A stretch of DNA of 54,098 bases, filler included, from Dimargaris cristalligena (taxonomy: Eukaryota), in the NCBI GenBank assembly GCA_003614675.1. It is 3 parts of 3 records of this genome, joined end to end, with 100 filler letters (N's around TTAATTAATTAA, not from the genome) between each part and the next. Parts side by side here need not be neighbours in the genome. Positions count along the whole stretch, not along the records: positions 36,134 to 54,098 come from ML002782.1; 2 more parts are not named here. The stretch is one strand, 5' to 3'. The position numbers and the translations under genes are program-made. Positions 44,285 to 54,098 of this stretch are shown here, one piece after another. Positions within the stretch are counted from its first letter, which is position 1. Every line of letters begins with the position of its first letter. The notes beneath the pieces are model-generated. The model was not told the DNA's origin. It was given only the letters and a program-made list of their open reading frames with translations, and searched no databases.

Positions 44285-47200
44285 ATTCGTGGGGAATAGC
44301 GAGGGGTGAGACGATACACAACGGGATAATAAAAAAACAATAAGCCCTAAGGACGGGTAGGAAGGAACAGTAATGGAATATTAGTTAACCCGGTTAGATT
44401 GAAGGCAGTCCATATGCCTGGCCAATACAACTGGCCTAGGCGTAAGGCGTAGGGAGGAGTGGACAGTGTGAAACACTGCCCAACAACCGCCAGCGCTTCA
44501 TTCGCCAGATCAGCAACCCGGCTGGATAAATGTCGACTACCCCCGCTCACCCAGATTCGCCACTGAGTACACTAACACGGCCACATGCCTCCGATAATAG
44601 GTGGCCAGTGTGAGCAAATGGGAACATGCCTGGTTCACATAATGCATGTTAGACTTATATGTAAAGAACATTTCCTGCAAGTAAGCGGAGGAAAAAGGGC
44701 ACCCGTGTTAAGGTTGGGCCTCCAATTCCTCAGAAACGATGAATCAGAAACCTTTCCCTACTCATGCAATTGCCCGGCATTACTATCAGTTTCGTCACTG
44801 ATTCTTGGTCATCGTGCGCTGGTTACGTCCGACCCGATGTCTCTCTAGTCCTGGGCTTTGGGAGAGCGTGACTTGAAACTTAGTCATCCTTTCCCACCCC
44901 CACGCTACTCACACCCGCTTTGTTGGGTTACACTCTATTCCATGGTTTGTGCTCCACAGTGTCCCATTTGCAAGCATGGGTGGTAAGGACTAATATGCCG
45001 TACTCCCTAGCCTAGTATTCTGCGTATATATTTATATATATAAACTTACTAAATGGTGACGATTAATTACTAGCAGATAAAGCCTGCGGTCACTCTAAAT
45101 TAGTGCCATTGGGGCGGCTGCCGACATGGTACTGACCGCCCTTGCAGAACGGGGTGAATACTCTCGCCCTTGTACCAGAATGGACATCTAGGCCAGGGTA
45201 GTTCATGCTGTGGCAGTGAATCGTGCGCCATCGGAACAGTTCTGTTATTCCAGCCCCCCATCGCCAAGTACAGTCGAGCATTCAAATAAGCGGATATTCA
45301 TTTCATTTTTATGGCATTTTTGGTATCATTACTGGCTCATCTTGGTTTTGGTGCCCGCTTCATATCCGAACACTACGGTTTGGGCCATCTGGGGTTCATA
45401 TTAAATGCAGCTGCATACCGTAAGTAAGATTCCCGAATTATACCGTCATGGCGGTCTCTGTCTCTCTATCTGTCCCTCTCCCACCTCCTACCCCCTTCCC
45501 CCATTTCGGGGCCCCAGTTCTTCGGCATTGAACCATGGGCTAAAGGGGGAGGGAAGGGAAACGGGGTCGAGAGAAAAATTACCAGGAGTAAAATGTAGGC
45601 GGAAATAGGAAGGGGCCTGGCACATTCCTCTCCCAAATAAAATCCAGTAGAAAAAGAACCATAATGCCAGTTAGTCAGCCAGCTAGTGATCTGCATACTC
45701 GCCTCTCAGCATTCACCTACATAAATTGCTCTCCGGTCTAGATGGCCTGTCATTGGGCTCTTCTTTATTAAATACGCTGGTGGTCCATCAGCACAGTCAA
45801 TTGCACACTGTCCGGGTCCTCCCCAATGCCCTTGGGTCCCTGCACAATATGGCCATTGGGTTGGTTTTATCACCCTCCTCACCCTTATCCTGACCCATTA
45901 CTTGTTTCGCTGGCTAGATTTAATGTCCCCCAATATACATGGCAAATCAACCCACCTGGCCAAGTACGTGTTTCCCCTCGTCTCTCTCTCTCTCTCTTCC
46001 ATTTTCCCGCCCAACTTATTGTAGAGGGGGCTAGCGTTGCATTGATTGATGGCCGGCCTTGCTGAAGACACAAAGGCCGAAACAGACTAATTTACCCAAT
46101 GCTAGGGTGACTGTAATGTGACTGTGGTTAAATGTGGCAATCAACAGGGCATAGATACCAAGAGGAGGAGAGGTGAAACAAGGGGGAGTGTAAATAAGGT
46201 GGTCCCATAGATCCAATGGTTATGCAAGAGTTCTCAAATGATTTATTCAAGGCAAGTTATTTAGAATTCTAAGCCAAGACTCCTTTCCCTCTCCATATTT
46301 TTGTTGCCCATTAGCTCTAGAGAGAAGAGGGGGAAGGCAAGTGTAAAGGGTAATAGTAACGCCGTCCTCTATAGGCCGTCGTCGGCTTTTCCCGGTTTAT
46401 GGGCCACCGACAGCTAGATGTACTCCCCATAAGGCACTCTATGTACATTCGCTACAGTGCCGGCTGAATCTCCCGAAGTATGTGACCAAGGTAATCTAAT
46501 AGAATTGGCAAATCCGGCTAGCCCGTTTTCGGGGAGGGTAATTATGTAGCGTTAAAAAAGAACCGCGCAGGGGGGAAGGGCTTTTTTGAATGGCAGGGCC
46601 CAATTAGATGTAGGTGATCCAGGTAAGCGAAATCCTGTCGATGATCCCATACGTTCTCTAGAAGGGGGAGAGGAGGGGAAAAGGGGGATATAGCACTAGA
46701 TTGAGGGGAATGGAAGGCTCTGGTAATCGGTGGTTTGGCGCCACGGATTCCGATCCCCAGAACAATGAGGGTGAAGAGGCCAACCAGCGGTGGCAGTGTA
46801 TGGTGGCAACATTGACGCACAAGGGCATGTCGTTGAGGCTACGGGCATGGCAAGTGCAGTAGACCAATAAACAATGGATTACCTATCATCCCCTTTCGCC
46901 GCTTCCGTCAGCCTCTGATCCCACCGCCTAATCAAGCGTACAGGATTCAGGTGGTTTAGAACAACTACTTGATTACGATAACCAGTGGGTTCCTTTCTTG
47001 AGTCTTACTAGTGTGAGTGGGTAGCTCTAATGGGCAGAGTGCTTCCTAGCTCCACCTAGCAGATTACTGAAACCACGACTAGGGCAGTCACTGTTGATAA
47101 ATTAGTGAAGCAAGATTGAGCCGAGGGAAAGAGCGAGGGGGGGGGGTATAGATTCTCACCCATCCCCATGATGCTTGTCATAGTGAGATGGGGCTGGCAA

Positions 47201-48589
47201 TGGCCAATATTGTTAGAATATGGGAAAGATCGACGTCCAAGTATAGAGGCATGTATTACCTTTTCGGGGTGTAGTCCGAATTCGAATTTAGGTTTAGGGA
47301 GGCTCTATGGACAGTAAATTAGTTGGAATCATTTTATTTATTTATTTTAAAAAAACAATATACACACACACACACCTTCACGTTGTTTCAATAGCTACAT
47401 CTACGGGTATGTTCGAGACTGCTGCAGGTCAGAGAAGTCCCGCCCTGCACCGATGATGCCGTAAGTGAGGGGAGGCGTGGATTGCATGGTGAATACAGCC
47501 AAGTGTGGCATAGAAATCCGACGTGATCTGACCACACCGATTTTTAAGAAAAAAAGGGGCTGAAGGACAGTGGTGGAGGCGCGCAAAAAAAGAGTAGGTC
47601 GGGGACCTAAGTATGGTAATTAACGAACCAGAGGCGGAGGGAGGGTTAAACCCAAGTCCACCCGAAACAATTGCCGGATAGTTTTTTTTTTTTGGTTAAG
47701 AAGAGACGGTCGAAATCACTGGCATGAATGTCCTTTACTCAATAATGGCCGACGCAGGACAAAGTGGGGGCCGATCCGCCACACTCCGAACGAGAGCGGC
47801 AGTCGCAACGACGACCAGGGCAACGGTGAAGTCGGCCAGACGAGGGAGAAAGGCGAGGCGAGGGAAGTTGGAGCGCCCGGAGGTTGAGAGAAGAAGAAAA
47901 GGAGAGAGAGCCGGATAACCAGAAAGCGGATTAATAGCCAATCCACCTAATCCAGACGTTGGGCCAGTCATCAGATAAAAGTTATCAGTTGGAGCACCAA
48001 TGCCCCGCTTGGCTGGGTTCCCACTGGTTTCTATCTGGACCGAATCAGATAAACGCTTCCCAGCCAGCGAGCGAATCACAGAGACTCCCCCAGCCCAGTT
48101 CTCTCGCCACTGTTAGGCCGCCACACTGTGTTAATGAATAAAAAGACCTTCGCACTTGATTGTTTTGTGCGGGTCTTTCTCTCTCTCTCTCTCTCTCTCC
48201 CATGCCTACTTGCTAGCCAGCAGGACAAGTTGGCCATCAAGTTGCATAGCAGCAGTGGAGGGCCTTTTTGAGCGAAATACCGGATTTTCACACCACCGCC
48301 ACCCCCCCTCCTCACACTCTCACACTGCTAGGGTCAAGACGCATCGCTTTTATCCCTCCCATTAGGCATGCGTAGTAATGATAGCGTAGGCGTAAAATAA
48401 GGATTTCGTCCTACTTACCCACCTCAGTCTGATGTGCCCTCACACAGACACCCCTCGAGCCGGGATGAGTATGAGTATGATATATCTTTGGGTAACCTAT
48501 ATTCTACGCCACGTTACTCGGAGAATCCTCGTGAAAGTCCACCACCAACCCACTTGGTTGAGTGAGACGGAGTCGACACAGAATATGCT

Positions 48590-48612
48590 CATATAGATAT
48601 AGATATAGATAT
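48590..48612 (+). repeat. (AGATAT)n microsatellite; a (CT)n tract also lies at ~48178-48199
   Basis: Read directly. Confidence 0.7.
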
Positions 48613-49905
48613 AATAGAATGAGGGAGGAAAGGAGGGGGGCCCGAACCCACTTCGTGAATGCGCCAACTGGAATATCTAGCCCTCTCCCCGAACTTGACT
48701 CGGCCGTTGTAGCAGCCGGAATAGACGAAAAAGCGGTGGAGGAGGAGGCCGTGACGAGGGTCCTTAAATTTTCAGCTGCAATTATCTCCCCTCCCTCACT
48801 CCACACCATTCACCCACCCACCTTCGTGCGCCCCGCCGGTGTTGCCATTTACGTAAGGATGGTTTTATATTGCAGGTAGTTTTTTCTTGATGCTGCCCGG
48901 GGAGGCGAATCAAGGCGGCACCTGCACAGAGCCATAGTTTGTGGTGGCGGCCCTATATAGCATACATAGACTGTATGCGGGGCGTATTGGGAACAGTGTC
49001 CAGCCAATCAGGCCTGGTCGTCTCTCGGCATTTACCTACGATCACCCGAAACGACGCCGGGGGGAGGCTATATGCTGTTGCTGCTGTATTCCCATGCCGT
49101 GAGAAGCCATGCCATGGGTATATGCTCCTTCTCTCCCCAACACTCCCATTTCTTATAAATACCCCCATTCCCTTTCGCGCAATGACTTGATCCAGAATAT
49201 CCATCATCACTTCCTTACTTTCTCTCCCCCTCCCTCCCCCCTCTAACCTGCGTGGTTCTTTTCATTTTCTTATAGCGTGGTCGTCGGTCGCTCCCTTTTG
49301 CTCGCTGTCAAAGGCCGCCACACTGATTGCTGTTCCCTTCTCGCCACCCATGTCAAGGGCACTACTCACTCTCTATCCTACCCCCTCTCCCTTATCTATA
49401 CTCTGAACTACTCTATCTGCTGTGTCTTTGTTGGCTGGTGCACATCACTGCCATTTGTTCTACTGCATCTTGGCCACCCCCCCTGCAATTGTCTCAGTCC
49501 CCTCCTCCCTCTTATGCTATCCACCCCCCTCCCTCGTTCCTACTTTAAACCCCTCCCCACCCCCACATTGGCGCATAAGGCAATCTACCCGGAGCTCGGC
49601 TGTATGTTAACACCCGAAACTAATCATTTCTATTTAACCTCCGCCTTCCCCCGCCCCACCGTCATACCCTACCGTTTAATCTTTTGAGTTATTCAATGAT
49701 TGCCCCTCTCTTCCTTCTATATACCCCCCATATACCTTTGCCCTCCCCATTCCTTATCACCACTATTCATCACCACTGAATTCCAATCTACCTAGATATA
49801 CACCAGTGCTTTATCCCTCCCTCTACCCCTCGCTATTTTCTGCCGCTATTATTGCTGCTTCCTCCTGTACCAATTCATTATTAACCACTTGGGCATGCGG
49901 ATACC

Positions 49906-52114
49906 ATGAAAGGCCGGGTGTTTGACCACTTCATTCACTATTCCAGACCAGACCAGCCTGGTCTGAAGCGGCGCAGTTACGCCTGTGACAATTGCCGCAG
50001 GAAGAAGATCCGCTGCAATGGCGAGCAGCCCGCCTGCGATAACTGCACCCGAAAGAAGCTCGACTGCACTTACCCCGTCCGGAGGAATCGCTCGTCGCGC
50101 AACTCGCCGACTACCACTCACTCCACTCCCACCACCCCCGGTGCCTTTGCTACCTCCCCCACCTCGCCTCAAATGCCCTCCCCGTCGCCCCAGCGCCACC
50201 ACCTGAGTCCCCATACCCTGTTGACGCCAAGCAACCCCTGCCACGGTGCCCGGTCCTGCAATACTTCTGGCTCCTTATCAACTTCACTATCACCCTCCCC
50301 CTGTTTGTCCTCCTCAACCTCTTCCCACTTATCCGCCTCCCCCGCTTCCACACCGGACCGACCGGCCCCGTTATTGGGCGCTTCGGCGTCGCCGTCGCCG
50401 TCCCGTCCCGACTATCTGACCGCCCCGAGCGTCTCCAGCACCTCCGCTTCCCCTTCACTATCGCGTCTCTCCCCCACTGACTCGATCCTTTCCGACCACT
50501 GTAAGTTCTGTTTTATGTACCACCAAGGCGTGCCCCTCCATTGCATACTCTGGCTTGTGTACGCCACTATATCCTTATTTTGATACACATACACACCTTT
50601 GATACCCCAACTTGTACGCACAATTCTACTTGTCAAATGATTCTAGAAAATCCACTCGTGGTTCCTTGTCTCACATTTCAGTGATATATATATATTAAGG
50701 TCCTATCTAATGATTATTTTCCGCTCCCTCTCTTCCCTATCTCCTATCTTTCCTATCTCACTATGCCTCCGCCTCCCCCTGGCTTCCGTTTACATCAATT
50801 ATCATCCACCCCTCTACGCACACAGTAACTAAAATTCAGGAAGGCATGGTCCATCTTATGGAAATGCCCAAAACCCTTATTGTCCAGTCCGACATTCAAG
50901 TCCGGCACATAATTGACTACTTTGAATATGTTCACCCCCAGATCCCCATGCTGCACAAATGGTCCTTTTTACAGCGGTTAAATCAAAACCAATTACCACC
51001 CGTACTCCTTTATAGCATGTATGCCGTAGCCGCCCGCTTTTCCAAGCGCCCGCAGGTGGTATTACACGACGGGCCCACTGCCGGTCACCGCTATTTGCAT
51101 CTAGCCCTAGATATAATTCAAAGAGATCATCACCATCCCACCTTGGATGTCTTTCAAGCTATTGTTTTGTGTAGTGTCGCCGCCGGGGTCGCGCTCGATA
51201 TGGAATCTGTTGCCTTTCTCAGAGATGCTTGTGCTACCACCATGCGCAATATGGAAACACCCATTTACCAGCTCCACCAAGTGACACCCACCTATTTAGC
51301 CTCTCTCAGCGAGGCGGAAGGCATTGCCCTGGAGTCTCTACGTCGCACTGTCATCCTGGCCACCGGCCTGGCCATTGTGGCGGGTATTGTGTACGAGAAA
51401 GTAGAAATGCAACTCCATTACCCCACCAGCCTCATTTGGACGCATGACGAGACTCTGTGGGAGGCCACTACCCTTGATCCCGCCACCTTAACCGTACCAC
51501 CACGGCTAGCCAGTTTCGCGGCCGGTTCCTTCCCGGCCCTATGCAGCCAAATCTCGCACCTACAATCACTCTTTATCAAGCTTGAACGCTGTAAATTAAT
51601 CCCGGTTGACTCGCCCTACCCAATGACCTACAGTCGGATGATGAACGTTTTGCTTGAGGATCTCACGGCGCTTCGGCGGGGCGACCAACGTGTGGCTGAA
51701 TTATTTTCTCAGTCAGGTCCACCTCACAGCGATGCCGACCGCGCTCGTTGTGCGGGAATTCAGGCCATTTTACCCCTGGCCGAATGTCAAGTCAATCGAT
51801 TGATTCTCGACATAGCACTCCCATTAAATCTCACCCCGGCACAGATTCATAGCCATGAAGCCCTGCTAGTGGATGCCGCTGACCGTATGTGCCGCATTGT
51901 CCAGCGGAATGCCAATCTCCTAGTGGAGTACACTTATACATGGATCCCCCATTTTGTCTTTATGGTGGCCCGGATATTGCAGCAGTCCTGGGTGCGCTCA
52001 GGGTTGGACCCGGGTCTCCTCACGTTAATGGGTCAACAACACGGCGTTCTCACATTTTATCAAGATACTTACAAAAACCATTGGAACACTAACTTCTCCG
52101 TTAATTTTACATAG
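49906..52114 (+). CDS. Zn(II)2Cys6 fungal transcription factor with Fungal_trans-type middle region; exons 49906-50500 and 50826-52114
   Basis: ACDNCRRKKIRCNGEQPACDNCTRKKLDCTY; Ser/Pro-rich linker; phase-1 GTAAGT..CAG intron joins it in frame to the 422-aa ORF with IDYFEYVHPQIPMLH...PVLLYSMYAVAARFS. Confidence 0.92.
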
Positions 52115-54098
52115 ATTTGGTTTTGCCTTTTTTTTTGTTGAATCATTTCCCCCCCGAACTACAAAATTCACTAGGGTTCGTTGATCTGTTCTGTATTATA
52201 GATGAGCTCATGTCCCTGAATCACTTCTTCTTTTGGTGAATTGGTGTTTATATAACTATTTATCTTTCCTTTATATGGTACCTACTCCGCTATCACGCTA
52301 GATCCTTACCACCCCTCAACCCTGCAACGTGTTATATACCTTGTAGCATTTCCGATTCCCGACTGGGGGACTGTATAGTAATTAATTGGTTGTTGGATCG
52401 GCACAATACTTGGCCTTATCTATATTTCATACCACTGCATGTTATTCTGGAGGTTGGGCAATCCAGTTGATGAATAAAACACATTTATAATTCTAAATAT
52501 TAGTATTTGCCCATTTTAGTAATGTTGTCTGATACTTGGACGTCATATTATACTGTACTGTTATTTCCATGAATAGCAATATTCGGCCCATCAAACTAGG
52601 TCCGTGGCTCCGCCACGCTTCCACTTCCACTCCCATTCACCCCACACTCGTTGCTTTTTTAGTATGCCATTACTATTCGGGATGATAGTATACCTGCTTT
52701 GCCGCCTACAGTACTCGTAGTATTTGTTCTGTTGTACCAATCCTTTTTGCCATCAGCTTACCAAGCTGTTTCAACATTATATGAATAATGACTTACATGG
52801 TGGAAGTCCTTAGTTACACTGGATGTTCCTGTTGCCAAATTTATGGCTGGCGACTATCAGAAAGGTAGTATAAAACAAACTAAACACATTGGCATGCACT
52901 AGTGATGCTGGCTGCCCAAAAACTACTTTCGGTAAGTAATGCCGATTGGATGAAGTAAATGCACACCCCTTCACCCGGCCTGGGCAAATGTGTGTCGGCA
53001 TTGATATTAAAGTAGTTCATTGAAGTCAACTATGAGTTAGTCGGCCGGGTCATATCTAACCAACAGGGTCCCAGTTAGAGGTAGGACATTAAATGTACAT
53101 AAAACCATTCTTTGTTTGTGTATGTTATTTAGAAACCCCTGGGCAATGCCGTTCAAGTGACCGGGGTTACATCGATAGATTAAAAAACTCATTAAGTGGG
53201 GCGGAAATTATATTGATTTTCGACTTACAAACAGAAGCAAAGGGCTAACTGGATTGAAATGCCATGGACTTAGTCTCGGATATAGATAATTGAACGCTGA
53301 TCCTCACAAGACCACCAATGCATCAATATTCCCAGCCTGGGTGATTTTCCTTAGGAAAAACCCCCAGTTTGTCATAAATCGGAGTGTTTGGGCTCCTCGT
53401 CGGCGAGTAGGTTTAGTCAGGCCAGTATCCTAATTAGAAAGTGGATCCTGAAATAATCGACAAGCCACTCAATCTATATAAGGCAATAGGCCGACAGTCC
53501 AGTCATTTAGGGCGGCATTTCTTTTTGTGACAGGCTAAATGTAATATACGCCCCTTGTAGGTATAGGATAAATCTGACCCATTTACTTAATCGAAAACCA
53601 TGGTGTCCAGAGCGCCGATTCAGTATGCCCGTATAGGTTCGGAACCAATCCACTATCTAGCCCTCCTTCCACATAGCAACGTAGAGATATTCAGTGTTGT
53701 GGCCGGGCCTACTTAATCTTTAGTAGTATATCCCGGCCAAACTATTTTTAGTTTAGAAAAGATGAAGAACATCACTGAAGGCCAGTCTTTATCTTTTCTT
53801 ATCCATTTATAGGCCATTCGGTGGCTTAGGCCACCTTTCCATTATTCATTATTCATTATTCATAGCATTATTCGTAGTTCGAGGATGTTTTAGTTATAGA
53901 AGTCTGGGGTGTATCCCCAGCCTTTGCACCTCCAAAGCTGCCAGCATTGGTGGCCTTCATTATTCTATTATCTAGTATCATTATAGCACCAGTAAGTCGC
54001 TATGTCCCATTTTATATAAATACCCGTTGGGTATTCTCTTAAATAAAGACAAGCAGTTTTTACATGAGTATAGTTTACTATTCAGTTTTATTTCGATC

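Noticed and set aside
1-52114. A biosynthetic gene cluster made of NRPS, methyltransferase and Zn2Cys6 regulator
   Set aside because: The genes are on different contigs joined by artificial linkers, and the SET protein is a protein-lysine methyltransferase, not a tailoring enzyme.
50846-52114. 422-aa ORF as a separate gene
   Set aside because: It splices in frame to the Zn2Cys6 exon through the 50501-50825 intron.

Overview
Eukaryotic (fungal) DNA made of three unrelated contigs of almost equal length (1-17968, 18069-36033, 36134-54098), joined by artificial N-TTAATTAATTAA-N linkers, so adjacency across the linkers means nothing. Contig 1 carries a single intron-less minus-strand ORF of at least 4,466 codons (ATG at 13399, open to base 1) that the ORF track omits. 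It is a multimodular NRPS: C(partial)-A-T-E-C-[A-T-C, all three lacking their catalytic motifs]-A-T-E-C-A(truncated). Solo LTRs lie upstream. Contig 2 has nested LTR relics, a SET-MYND methyltransferase, calpain-7/PalB (with predicted 16-nt and 4-nt microexons), a proteasome assembly chaperone PAC1-like gene, the cobalamin-pathway GTPase MMAA/MeaB and tRNA-Ala(AGC). Contig 3 has more LTR relics, an FBXO9/Hrt3-like F-box gene, about 9 kb without recognisable genes, and a Zn(II)2Cys6 transcription factor. A Zn2Cys6 factor together with MMAA and an intron-less bacterial-style NRPS suggests an early-diverging (non-Dikarya) fungus, possibly Dimargaritales; this is inference only. The most striking observation is an entire NRPS module (~1,000 aa) that has lost its catalytic motifs yet is kept in frame between two intact D-amino-acid modules.
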